A stretch of DNA of 64,000 bases from the human T2T-CHM13v2.0 reference genome, Homo sapiens. The DNA is taken from NCBI RefSeq assembly GCF_009914755.1, contig NC_060937.1. One strand, 5' to 3'. Numbering within the stretch: position 1 is the stretch's first letter; each line of letters starts with the position of its first letter. Shown in pieces: positions 15,029 through 30,200 of this stretch. A program made the position numbers and the translations under genes. Below the pieces are notes generated by a model. It was given only the letters and a program-made list of their open reading frames with translations. It did no database searches and was not told the origin of the DNA.

Positions 15029-18000
15029 TTGTGTACTGTACATAATATATTAAATCGCCCAAATATATATTGTATACTGTATATAAAATATGAAGGTACT
15101 TCAAATATATATTATATGCTGCACATAAAATATCAAAGTACCCAAGGTATGCATTACATACTGTACATAAAATATCAAAGTACACAAATTATATATTATA
15201 TACTGTACATAAAATCTGTAGGTTCATCAAATATATTTTATATTCTGTACATAATATATCAAAGTACATCAAATATATATTATATACGGTACATAAAATA
15301 TCAAATTACCCAAAATATATATTATTTACTGTACATAAAATATGAAAGTAACCAAACATTTATAATAAACTGTACATAAATTATCAAAGTACTCAATCTA
15401 CATATTATATACAGTATATAAAATATCAAAGTACACAAACTGTATATTATATACTGTACATAATATGTCAAAGTACCCAGAATATATAGCATACTGTACA
15501 TACAATATCAAAGTACCCAGAATGTATATTGTATACTGTACATAAAATATGAAGGTACATCAAAGATATATTATATTCTGTACATAAAATATCAAAGTAC
15601 ACCAAATATATATTATATGCTGTACATAATATATTAAAGTTGCCCATGTATACATTTTATACTGTACATAAAATATGAAGGTACATCAAATATATAGTAT
15701 ATGCTGCACATAAAATATCAAAGTACCCAAAGTATGTATTATATACTGTACATAAAATATCAAAGTACCAAAAGTATATATTACCTACTGTAAATAAAAT
15801 GTGAAGATACCTCAAATATATATTATATTCTGTACATGAAATATCAAAGTACACCAAGTATATACTATATACTCTACATAAAATATTAAATTACCCAAAA
15901 TATGTATTGTATTGTGTACATAAAATATGAAAATAACCAAACATTTATAATAAACTGTACATAAAATATCAAAGTACTCAAACTTTATATTATATACTGT
16001 ACATAAAGTATCAAAGTACCCAAACTGTGTAGTATATACTGTACATAAAATATCAAGGTACCCAAAATGTATATTGTAAACTGTAGATAAAATATCAAAG
16101 TACCCAAAATATATATTATATACTGTACATAAAATATGAAGGCACATCCAATATATATTATATTCTGTACATAAAATATCAAAGTACACCAAATGTATAT
16201 TATATACTGTACATAAAATATAAAACTACCCCAAATATATATTATATACTCTACATAAAATATCAAAGTACCCAAAATATATATTATATACTGTACATAA
16301 TATATCAAAGTACCCATAGTATGTATTATATCCTGTACATAAAATATGAAAGTACGTCAAATATATATTCTATTCTGCACATAAAATATCATATTGCACC
16401 AAATATATATTGTATACTGTATATAAAATATGAAGGTACTTCAAATATATATTATATGCTGCACATAAAATATCAAAGTACCCAAAGTATGCATTATATA
16501 CTGTACATAAAATATCAAAGTACCCAAAGTGTATATTATATACTGTACATAAAATATGAAGGTTCATCAAATATATTTTATATTCTGCACATAATATATC
16601 AAAGTACAGCAAATATATATTATATACTGTACATAAAATAACAAAGTAACAAAAATATGTATTATATACTGTACATAAAATATGAAAGTAACCAAATATT
16701 TATAATAAACTGTATATAAAATATCAAAGTACTCAAACTACATATTATATACAGTATATAAAATATCAAAGTACCCAAACTATATATTATATACTGTACA
16801 TACTATATCAAAGTACCCGAATATAGAGCATACTGTACATAAAATATCAAATTACCCAAAATATATATTGTATACTGTACATAAAATATGAAGGTACATC
16901 AAAGATATATTATATTCTGTACATAAAATATCAAAGTACACCAAATATATATTATATGCTGTACAGAATATATTAAAGTCGACCAAATGTATATTATATA
17001 GTGTACATAAAATATGAAGGTACATCAAATATATATTATATGCTGCACATAAAATATCAAAGTACCCAAAGTATGTATTATATACTGTACATAAAATATC
17101 AAAGTACCCAAAGTATATATTATATACTGTACATAAAATATAAAATACCCCAAATATATATTATATGCTGTACATAAAATATCAAAGTACACAAAATATG
17201 CATTATGTACTGTACATAAATTATCAAAGGACCCAAAATATATATTATATAGTGTACATAAAATATCAAAATACCCAAAATATATATTATATACTGTACA
17301 TAAAATACCAAAGTACCCAAAGTATATATTATATACTGTATAAAAAATATCAAAGTAGCCAAAATATGTATTATACACTGTACATAATATATGAAAGTAC
17401 CCAAACATTTATAATAAACTGTACATAAAATATCAATGTACTCAAATTATATATTATGTGCGGTACTTAAGATATCAAAGTACCCATACTATATAGTATG
17501 TACTGTACTTAAAATATCAAAATACCCAAAATATATATTATATACGTTACATAAACTATCAAATACACAAAGTATGTATTACATACTGTACATAAAATAG
17601 CAAAGTTCCCAAAATATGTATTATATACTGTACATAAAATATGAAAGTAACCAACCATTTATAATAAACTCTACATAAAATACCAAAGTACCCAAACTGT
17701 GTATTATATACTCTCCATAAAATAGCAAAGTACCCAAAATATATATTGTCAACTGTACATAAAATATCAAAGTAGCCAAAATATATATAGTATACCGTAC
17801 ATAAAATATAAAAGTACCCCAAATATGTATTATATACTGTACATAAAATATCAAAGTACCGATAATACATATTATATAGTGTACATAAAATATCAGAGGA
17901 CCCAAAATAAACATTATATACTGTACATAAAATATCCAAATACTCAAAATATATATTACATACTGTACATAAAATATCAAAGTACCCAAATTATGTATTA

Positions 18001-18335
18001 TATACTGTACATAAAATATCAGAGTACCCAAAATATGCATTATATACTGTACATAAAATATGAAAGTAACAAAACATTTATAATAAACTGTACATAAAAT
18101 ATCAAAGTACTCAAACTATATATCATATACTGTACATAAAATATCAAAGTACCCAAACTGTGTATTATTATATACTGTATATAAAATATCAAAGTACCTG
18201 AAATATATACTGTATACTGTACATAAAATATCAAAGTACCCAAAATATATACTATATACTGTACATAAAATATGAAGGTACATCAAATATATATTATATC
18301 CTGTACATAAAATATCAAAGTACACCTATTATATA
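15029..18335 (+). repeat. 3307-bp HOR structural variant D (3013 plus a 7-monomer, 294-bp cassette)
   Basis: Landmark spacing 15029->18336 is 3307 bp. The extra monomers lie at about 16211-16504 (TAAAACTACCCC ... CCCATAGT ... ATCATATTGCACC ... GGTACTTC). Confidence 0.85.
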
Positions 18336-21300
18336 TTGTGTACTGTACATAATATATTAAATCGCCCAAATATATATTGTATACTGTATATAAAATATGA
18401 AGGTACTTCAAATATATATTATATGCTGCACATAAAATATCAAAGTACCCAAAGTATGCATTACATACTGTACATAAAATATCAAAGTACACATATTATC
18501 TATTATATAATGTACATAAAATATGAAGGTTCATCAAATATATATTATATTCTGTACATAATATATCAAAGTACATCAAATATATATTATATACTGTACA
18601 TAAAATATCAAAGTACCAAAAATATGTATTATATACTGTACATAAAACATGAAAGTAACCAAACATTTATAATAAACTGTACTTAAAATATCAAAGTACT
18701 CAATCTACATATTATATACAGTATATAAAATATCAAAGTACACAAACTGTATATTATATACTGTACATAATATATCAAAGTACCCAGAATATATAGCATA
18801 CTGTACTTAAAATATCAAAGTACCCAAAATATATATTGTATACTGTACATAAAATATGAAGGTACATCAAAGATATATTATATTCTGTACATAAAATATC
18901 AAAGTACACCAAATATATATTATATGCTGTACATAATATATTAAAGTTGCCCATGCATACATTATATACTGTACATAAAATATGAACGTACATCAAATAT
19001 ATAGTATATGCTGCACATAAAATATCAAAGTACCCAAAGTATGTATTATACACTGTACATAAAATATCAAAGTACCAAAAGTATATATTACATACTGTAA
19101 ATAAAATATGAAGGTACCTCAAATATATATTATATTCTGTACATAAAATATCAAAGTACACCAAGTATATACTATATACTCTGCATAAAATATTAAATTA
19201 CCCAAAATATGTATTGCATTGTGTACATAAAATATGAAAGTAACCAAACATTTATAATAAACTGTACATAAAATATCAAAGTACTCAAACTGTATATTAT
19301 ATACTGTACATAAAGTATCAAAGTACCCAAACTGTGTAGTATATACTGTACATAAAATATCAAGGTACCCAAAATATATATTGTAAACTGTAGATAAAAT
19401 ATCAAAGTACCCAAAATATATATTATATACTGTACATAAAATATGAAGGCACATCCAATATATATTATATTCTGTACATAAAATATCAAAGTACACCAAA
19501 TGTATATTATATACTGTACATAAAATATCAAAGTACCCAAAGTGTATATTATATACTGTACATAAAATATGAAGATTCATCAAATATATTTTATATTCTG
19601 CACATAATATATCAAAGTACAGCAAATATATATTATATACTGTACATAAAATATCAAAGTACCCAAAATATGTATTATATACTGTACATAAAATATGAAA
19701 GTAACCAAACATTTATAATAAACTGTACATAAAGTATCAAAGTACTCAAACTACATATTATATACAGTATATAAAATGTCAAAGTACCCAAACTGTATAT
19801 TATATACTGTACATAATATATCAAAGTACCCGAATATATAGCATACTGTACATAAAATATCAAAGTACCCAAAGTGTGTATTATACACTGCACATAAAAT
19901 ATGAAGGTACATAAAATATATATTGTATTCTGTACATAAAATATCAAAGTACTCCAAATATATATTATATGCTGTACATAATATATTAAAGTCGCCCAAA
20001 TATATATTATATACTGTACATAAAATATGAAGGTACATCAAATATATATTATATGCTGCACATAAAATATCAAAGTACCCAAAGTATGTGTTATATACTG
20101 TACATAAAATATCAAAGTACCCAAAGTATATATTATATACTGTACATAAAATATAAAATACCCCAAATATATATTATATGCTGTACATAAAATATCAAAG
20201 TACACAAAATATGTATTATATACTGTACATAAAATACCAAAGGACCCAAAATATATATTATATACTGTACATAAAATATCAAAATACCCAAAATATATAT
20301 TATATACTGTACATAAAATACCAAAGTACCCAAAGTATATATTATATACCGTACAAAAAATATCAAAGTAGCCAAAATATGTATTATACACTGTACATAA
20401 TATATGAAAGTACCCAAACATTTATAATAAACTGTACATAAAATATCAATGTACTCAAACTATATATTATGTGCGGTACATAAGATATCAAATTACCCAT
20501 ACTATATAGTATATACTGCACTTAAAATATCAAAATACCCAAAATATATATTATATACGTTACATAAACTATCAAATACACAAAGTATGTATTATATACT
20601 GTACATAAAATAGCAAAGTTCCCAAAATATGTATTATATACTGTACATAAAATATGAAAGTACCCAACCATTTATAATAAACTCTACATAAAATACCAAA
20701 GTACCCAAACTGTGTATTATATACTGTCCATAAAATATCAAAGTACCCAAAATATATATTGTAAACTGTACATAAAATATCAAAGTAGCCAAAATACATA
20801 TTGTATACTGTACATAAAATATGAAAGTACCCCAAATATGTATTATATACTGTACATAAAATATCAAAGTACCCATAATACATATTATATACTGTACATA
20901 AAATATCAAAGGACCCAAAATAAACATTATATACTGTACATAAAATATCCAAATACTCAAAATATATATTACGTACTGTACATAAAATATCAAAGTACCC
21001 AAATTATGTATTATATACTGTACGTAAAATATCAGAGTACCCAAAATATGCATTATATACTGTACATAAAATATGAAAGTAACAATACATTTATAATAAA
21101 CTGTACATAAAATATCAAAGTACTCAAACTATATATCATATACTGTACATAAAATATCAAAGTACCCAAACTGTGTATTATTATATACTGTATATAAAAT
21201 ATCAAAGTACCTGAAATATATACTGTATACTGTACATAAAATATCAAAGTACCCAAAATATATACTATATACTGTACATAAAATATGAAGGTACATCAAA

Positions 21301-21348
21301 TATATATTATATCCTGTACATAAAATATCAAAGTACACCTATTATATA
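18336..21348 (+). repeat. Canonical 3013-bp (72-monomer) higher-order repeat, haplotype A (GTCGCC, GTATTGCATT, ACTCCAAA markers). Further copies at 27252-30264 and 47557-50569; related copies at 12006 and 41186 carry a +10 bp insertion
   Basis: Landmark spacing 18336->21349, 27252->30265 and 47557->50570 is 3013 bp in each case. Same order of variant monomers and matching ORF translations. Confidence 0.9.
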
Positions 21349-24300
21349 TTGTGTACTGTACATAATATATTAAATCGCCCAAATATATATTGTATACTGT
21401 ATATAAAATATGAAGGTACTTCAAATATATATTATATGCTGCACATAAAATATCAAAGTACCCAAAGTATGCATTACATACTGTACATAAAATATCAAAG
21501 TACACATATTATCTATTATATAATGTACATAAAATATGAAGGTTCATCAAATATATATTATATTCTGTACATAATATATCAAAGTACATCAAATATATAT
21601 TATATACTGTACATAAAATATCAAAGTACCAAAAATATGTATTATATACTGTACATAAAACATGAAAGTAACCAAACATTTATAATAAACTGTACATAAA
21701 ATATCAAAGTACTCAATCTACATATTATATACAGTATATAAAATATCAAAGTACACAAACTGTATATTATATACTGTACATAATATATCAAAGTACCCAG
21801 AATATATAGCATACTGTACATAAAATATCAAAGTACCCAAAATATATATTGTATACTGTACATAAAATATGAAGGTACATCAAAGATATATTATATTCTG
21901 TACATAAAATATCAAACTACACCAAATATATATTATATGCTGTACATAATATATTAAAGTTGCCCATATATACATTATATACTGTACATAAAATATGAAC
22001 GTACATCAAATATATAGTATATGCTGCACATAAAATATCAAAGTACCCAAAGTATGTATTATACACTGTACATAAAATATCAAAGTACCAAAAGTATATA
22101 TTACATACTGTAAATAAAATATGAAGGTACCTCAAATATATATTATATTTTATACATAAAATATCAAAGTACACCAAGTATATACTATATATTCTGCATA
22201 AAATATTAAATTACCCGAAATATGTATTGTATTGTGTACATAAAATATGAAAGTAACCAAACATTTATAATAAACTGTACATAAAATATCAAAGTACTCA
22301 AACTGTATATTATATACTGTACATAAAGTATCAAAGTACCCAAACTGTGTAGTATATACTGTACATAAAATATCAAGGTACCCAAAATATATATTGTAAA
22401 CTGTAGATAAAATATCAAAGTACCCAAAATATATATTATATACTGTACATGAAATATGAAGGCACATCCAATATATATTATACTCTGTACATAAAATATC
22501 AAAGTACACCAAATGTATATTATATACTGTACATAAAATATCAAAGTACCCAAAGTGTATATTATATACTGTACATAAACTATGAAGGTTCATCAAATAT
22601 ATTTTATATTCTGCACATAATATATCAAAGTACAGCAAATATATATTATATACTGTACATAAAATATCAAAGTACCCAAAATATGTATTATATACTGTAC
22701 ATAAAATATGAAAGTAAGCAAACATTTATAATAAACTGTACATAAAGTATCAAAGTACTCAAACTACATATTATATACAGTATATAAAATATCAAAGTAC
22801 CCAAACTGTATATTATATACTGTACATAATATATCAAAGTACCCGAATATATAGCATACTCTACATAAAATATCAAAGTACCCAAATTTTGTATTATACA
22901 CTGCACATAAAATATGAAGGTACATCAAAGATATATTATATTCTGTACATAAAATATCAAAGTACACCAAATATATATTATATGCTGTACATAATATATT
23001 AAAGTCGACCAAATATATATTATATACTGTACATAAAATATGAAGGTACATCAAATATATATTATATGCTGCACATAAAATATCAAAGTACCCAAAGTAT
23101 GTGTTATATACTGTACATAAAATATCAAAGTACCCAAAGTATATATTATATACTGTACATAAAATATAAAATACCCCAAATATATATTATATGCTGTACA
23201 TAAAATATCAAAGTACACAAAATATGTATTATATACTGTACATAAAATACCAAAGGACCCAAAATATATATTATATACTGTACATAAAATATCAAAATAC
23301 CCAAAATATATATTATATACTGTACATAAAATACCAAAGTACCCAAAGTATATATTAGATACCGTACAAAAAATATCAAAGTAGCCAAAATATGTATTAT
23401 ACACTGTACATAATATATGAAAGTACCCAAACATTTATAATAAACTGTACATAAAATATCAATGTACTCAAACTATATATTATGTGCGGTACATAAGATA
23501 TCAAAGTACCCATACTATATAGTATATACTGTACTTAAAATATCAAAATACCCAAAATATATATTATATACGTTACATAAACTATCAAATACACAAAGTA
23601 TGTATTATATACTGTACATAAAATAGCAAAGTTCCCAAAATATGTATTATATACTGTACATAAAATATGAAAGTACCCAACCATTTATAATAAAGTCTAC
23701 ATAAAATACCAAAGTACCCAAACTGTGTATTATATACTGTCCATAAAATATCAAAGGACCCAAAATATATATTGTAAACTCTACATAAAATATCAAAGTA
23801 GCCAAAATACATATTGTATACTGTACATAAAATATAAAAGTACCCCAAATATGTATTATATACTGTACATAAAATATCAAAGTACCCATAATACATATTA
23901 TATACTGTACATAAAATATCAAAGGACCCAAAATAAACATTATATACTGTACATAAAATCTCCAAATACTCAAAATATATATTACGTACTGTACATAAAA
24001 TATCAAAGTACCCAAATTATGTATTATATACTGTACGTAAAATATCAGAGTACCCAAAATATGCATTATATACTGTACATAAAATATGAAAGTAACAATA
24101 CATTTATAATAAACTGTACATAAAATATCAAAGTACTCAAACTATATATCATATACTGTACATAAAATATCAAAGTACCCAAACTGTGTATTATTATATA
24201 CTGTATATAAAATATCAAAGTACCTGAAATATATATTGTATACTGTACATAAAATATCAAAGTACCCAAAATATATACTATATACTGTACATAAAATATG

Positions 24301-24361
24301 AAGGTACATCAAATATATATTATATCCTGTACATAAAATATCAAAGTACACCTATTATATA
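21349..24361 (+). repeat. Canonical 3013-bp higher-order repeat, haplotype B (TATTTTATAC, CCCGAAAT, GAAAGTAAGC, TTAGATACCG markers). Further copies at 30265-33277 and 54044-57055 (-1 bp)
   Basis: Landmark spacing 21349->24362 and 30265->33278 is 3013 bp; 54044->57056 is 3012 bp. Identical 191-aa, 127-aa and 98-aa spurious ORFs at the same relative positions. Confidence 0.9.
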
Positions 24362-27251
24362 TTGTGTACTGCACATAATATATTAAATCGCCCAAATATA
24401 TATTGTATACTGTATATAAAATATGAAGGTACTTCAAATATATATTATATGCTGCACATAAAATATCAAAGTACCCAAAGTATGCATTACATACTGTACA
24501 TAAAATATCAAATTACACAAATTATATATTATATTCTGTACATAAAATATGTAGGTTCTTCAAATATATTTTATATTCTGTACATAATATATCAAAGTAC
24601 ATCAAATATATATTATATACGGTACATAAAATATCAAAGTACCCAAAATATGTATTAATTACTGTGCATAAAATATGAAAGTAACCAAACATTTATAATA
24701 AACTGTACATAAAATATCAAACTACTCAATCTACATATTATATACAGTATATAAAATATCAAAGTACACAAACTGTATATTATATACTGTACATAATATA
24801 TCAAAGTACCCAGAATATATAGCATACTGTACATACAATATCAAAGTACCCAGAATGTATATTGTATTCTGTACATAAAATATGAATGTACATCAAAGAT
24901 ATATTATATTCTGTACATAAAATATCAAAGTACACCAAATATATATTATATGCTGTACATAATATATTAAAGTTGCCCATGCATACATTTTATACTGTTC
25001 ATAAAATATGAAGGTACATCAAATATATAGTATATGCTGCACATAAAATATCAAAGTACCCAAAGTATGTATTATATACTGTACATAAAATATCAAAGTA
25101 CCAAAAGTATATATTACCTACTGTAAATAAAATATGAAGATACCTCAAATATATATTATATTCTGTACATGAAATGTCAAAGTACACCAAGTATATACTA
25201 TATACTCTACATAAAATATTAAATTACCCAAAATATGTATTGTATTGTGTACATAAAATATGAAAGTAACCAAACATTTATAATAAACTGTACATAAAAT
25301 ATCAAAGTACTCAAACTTTATATTATATACTGTACATAAAGTATCAAAGTACCCAAACTGTGTAGTATATACTGTACATAAAATATCAAGGTACCCAAAA
25401 TGTATATTGTAAACTGTAGATAAAATATCAAAGTACCCAAAATATATATTATATACTGTACATAAAATATGAAGGCTCATCCAATATATATTATATTCTG
25501 TACATAAAATATCAAAGTACACCAAATGTATATTATATACTGTACATAAAATATAAAACTACCCCAAATATATCTTATATACTCTACATAAAATATCAAA
25601 GTACCCAAAATATATATTATATACTGTACATAAAATATCAAAGTACCCATAGTATGTATTATATCCTGTACATAAAATATGAAGGTACATCAAATATATA
25701 TTCTATTCTGCACATAAAATATCATATTGCACCAAATATATATTGTATACTGTATATAAAATATGAAGGTACTTCAAATATATATTATATGCTGCACATA
25801 AAATATCAAAGTACCCAAAGTATGCATTATATACTGTACATAAAATATCAAAGTACCCAAAGTGTATATTATATACTGTACATAAAATATGAAGGTTCAT
25901 CAAATATATTTTATATTCTGCACATAATATATCAAAGTACAGCAAATATATATTATATACTGTACATAAAATATCAAAGTACCCAAAATATGTATTATAT
26001 ACTGTACATAAAATATGAAAGTAACCAAACATTTATAATAAACTGTACATAAAATATCAAAGTACTCAAACTACATATTATATACAATATATAAAATGTC
26101 AAAGTACCCAAACTGTATATTATATACTGTACATAATATATCAAAGTACCCGAATATATAGCATACTGTACATAAAATATCAAAGTACCCAAAATATATA
26201 TTGTATACTGTACATAAAATATGAAGGTACATCAAAGATATATTATATTCTGTACATAAAATATCAAAGTACACCAAATATATATTATATGCTGTACAGA
26301 ATATATTAAAGTCGACCAAATATATATTATATACTGTACATAAAATATGAAGGTACATCAAATATATATTATATGCTGCACATAAAATATCAAAGTACCC
26401 AAAGTATGTATTATATACTGTACATAAAATATCAAAGTACCCAAAGTATATATTATATACTGTACATAAAATATAAAATACCCCAAATATATATTATATC
26501 CTGTACATAAAATATCAAAGTACCCAAAATATATATTGTAAATTGTACATAAAATATCAAAGTAGCCAAAATATATATTGTATACTGTACATAAAATATG
26601 AAGGTACATCAAATATATATTATATCCTGTACATAAAATATCAAAGTACCCAAAATATATATTGTAAATTGTACATAAAATATCAAAGTAGCCAAAATAT
26701 ATATTGTATACTGTACATAAAATATAAAAGTACCCCAAATATGTATTATATACTGTACATAAAATATCAAAGTACCCATAATACATATTATATACTGTAC
26801 ATAAAATATCAAAGGACCCAAAATAAACATTATATACTGTACATAAAATATCCAAATACTCAAAATATATATTACGTACTGTACATAAAATATCAAAGTA
26901 CCCAAATTATGTATTATATACTGTACATAAAATATCAGAGTACCCAAAATATGCATTATATACTGTACATAAAATATGAAAGTAACAAAACATTTATAAT
27001 AAACTGTACATAAAATATCAAAGTACTCAAACTATATATCATATACTGTACATAAAATATCAAAGTACCCAAACTGTGTATTATTATATACTGTATATAA
27101 AATATCAAAGTACCTGAAATATATACTGTATACTGTACATAAAATATCAAAGTACCCAAAATATATACTATATACTGTACATAAAATATGAAGGTACATC
27201 AAATATATATTATATCCTGTACATAAAATATCAAAGTACACCTATTATATA
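24362..27251 (+). repeat. 2890-bp HOR structural variant, haplotype C (+294 cassette, -543 deletion, +126 local duplication). Further copies at 33278-36166 and 57056-59944; a relative at 9247-12005 lacks the +126
   Basis: Spacing is 2890/2889 bp, and 3013+294-543+126=2890. Markers GTACTGCACAT, GTAGGTTCTTC, TATTAATTACTGTGC, GAAGGCTCATCC. Confidence 0.85.
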
Positions 27252-30200
27252 TTGTGTACTGTACATAATATATTAAATCGCCCAAATATATATTGTATAC
27301 TGTATATAAAATATGAAGGTACTTCAAATATATATTATATGCTGCACATAAAATATCAAAGTACCCAAAGTATGCATTACATACTGTACATAAAATATCA
27401 AAGTACACATATTATCTATTATATAATGTACATAAAATATGAAGGTTCATCAAATATATATTATATTCTGTACATAATATATCAAAGTACATCAAATATA
27501 TATTATATACTGTACATAAAATATCAAAGTACCAAAAATATGTATTATATACTGTACATAAAACATGAAAGTAACCAAACATTTATAATAAACTGTACTT
27601 AAAATATCAAAGTACTCAATCTACATATTATATACAGTATATAAAATATCAAAGTACACAAACTGTATATTATATACTGTACATAATATATCAAAGTACC
27701 CAGAATATATAGCATACTGTACTTAAAATATCAAAGTACCCAAAATATATATTGTATACTGTACATAAAATATGAAGGTACATCAAAGATATATTATATT
27801 CTGTACATAAAATATCAAAGTACACCAAATATATATTATATGCTGTACATAATATATTAAAGTTGCCCATGCATACATTATATACTGTACATAAAATATG
27901 AACGTACATCAAATATATAGTATATGCTGCACATAAAATATCAAAGTACCCAAAGTATGTATTATACACTGTACATAAAATATCAAAGTACCAAAAGTAT
28001 ATATTACATACTGTAAATAAAATATGAAGGTACCTCAAATATATATTATATTCTGTACATAAAATATCAAAGTACACCAAGTATATACTATATACTCTGC
28101 ATAAAATATTAAATTACCCAAAATATGTATTGCATTGTGTACATAAAATATGAAAGTAACCAAACATTTATAATAAACTGTACATAAAATATCAAAGTAC
28201 TCAAACTGTATATTATATACTGTACATAAAGTATCAAAGTACCCAAACTGTGTAGTATATACTGTACATAAAATATCAAGGTACCCAAAATATATATTGT
28301 AAACTGTAGATAAAATATCAAAGTACCCAAAATATATATTATATACTGTACATAAAATATGAAGGCACATCCAATATATATTATATTCTGTACATAAAAT
28401 ATCAAAGTACACCAAATGTATATTATATACTGTACATAAAATATCAAAGTACCCAAAGAGTATATTATATACTGTACATAAAATATGAAGATTCATCAAA
28501 TATATTTTATATTCTGCACATAATATATCAAAGTACAGCAAATATATATTATATACTGTACATAAAATATCAAAGTACCCAAAATATGTATTATATACTG
28601 TACATAAAATATGAAAGTAACCAAACATTTATAATAAACTGTACATAAAGTATCAAAGTACTCAAACTACATATTATATACAGTATATAAAATGTCAAAG
28701 TACCCAAACTGTATATTATATACTGTACATAATATATCAAAGTACCCGAATATATAGCATACTGTACATAAAATATCAAAGTACCCAAAGTGTGTATTAT
28801 ACACTGCACATAAAATATGAAGGTACATAAAATATATATTGTATTCTGTACATAAAATATCAAAGTACTCCAAATATATATTATATGCTGTACATAATAT
28901 ATTAAAGTCGCCCAAATATATATTATATACTGTACATAAAATATGAAGGTACATCAAATATATATTATATGCTGCACATAAAATATCAAAGTACCCAAAG
29001 TATGTGTTATATACTGTACATAAAATATCAAAGTACCCAAAGTATATATTATATACTGTACATAAAATATAAAATACCCCAAATATATATTATATGCTGT
29101 ACATAAAATATCAAAGTACACAAAATATGTATTATATACTGTACATAAAATACCAAAGGACCCAAAATATATATTATATACTGTACATAAAATATCAAAA
29201 TACCCAAAATATATATTATATACTGTACATAAAATACCAAAGTACCCAAAGTATATATTATATACCGTACAAAAAATATCAAAGTAGCCAAAATATGTAT
29301 TATACACTGTACATAATATATGAAAGTACCCAAACATTTATAATAAACTGTACATAAAATATCAATGTACTCAAACTATATATTATGTGCGGTACATAAG
29401 ATATCAAATTACCCATACTATATAGTATATACTGCACTTAAAATATCAAAATACCCAAAATATATATTATATACGTTACATAAACTATCAAATACACAAA
29501 GTATGTATTATATACTGTACATAAAATAGCAAAGTTCCCAAAATATGTATTATATACTGTACATAAAATATGAAAGTACCCAACCATTTATAATAAACTC
29601 TACATAAAATACCAAAGTACCCAAACTGTGTATTATATACTGTCCATAAAATATCAAAGTACCCAAAATATATATTGTAAACTGTACATAAAATATCAAA
29701 GTAGCCAAAATACATATTGTATACTGTACATAAAATATGAAAGTACCCCAAATATGTATTATATACTGTACATAAAATATCAAAGTACCCATAATACATA
29801 TTATATACTGTACATAAAATATCAAAGGACCCAAAATAAACATTATATACTGTACATAAAATATCCAAATACTCAAAATATATATTACGTACTGTACATA
29901 AAATATCAAAGTACCCAAATTATGTATTATATACTGTACGTAAAATATCAGAGTACCCAAAATATGCATTATATACTGTACATAAAATATGAAAGTAACA
30001 ATACATTTATAATAAACTGTACATAAAATATCAAAGTACTCAAACTATATATCATATACTGTACATAAAATATCAAAGTACCCAAACTGTGTATTATTAT
30101 ATACTGTATATAAAATATCAAAGTACCTGAAATATATACTGTATACTGTACATAAAATATCAAAGTACCCAAAATATATACTATATACTGTACATAAAAT

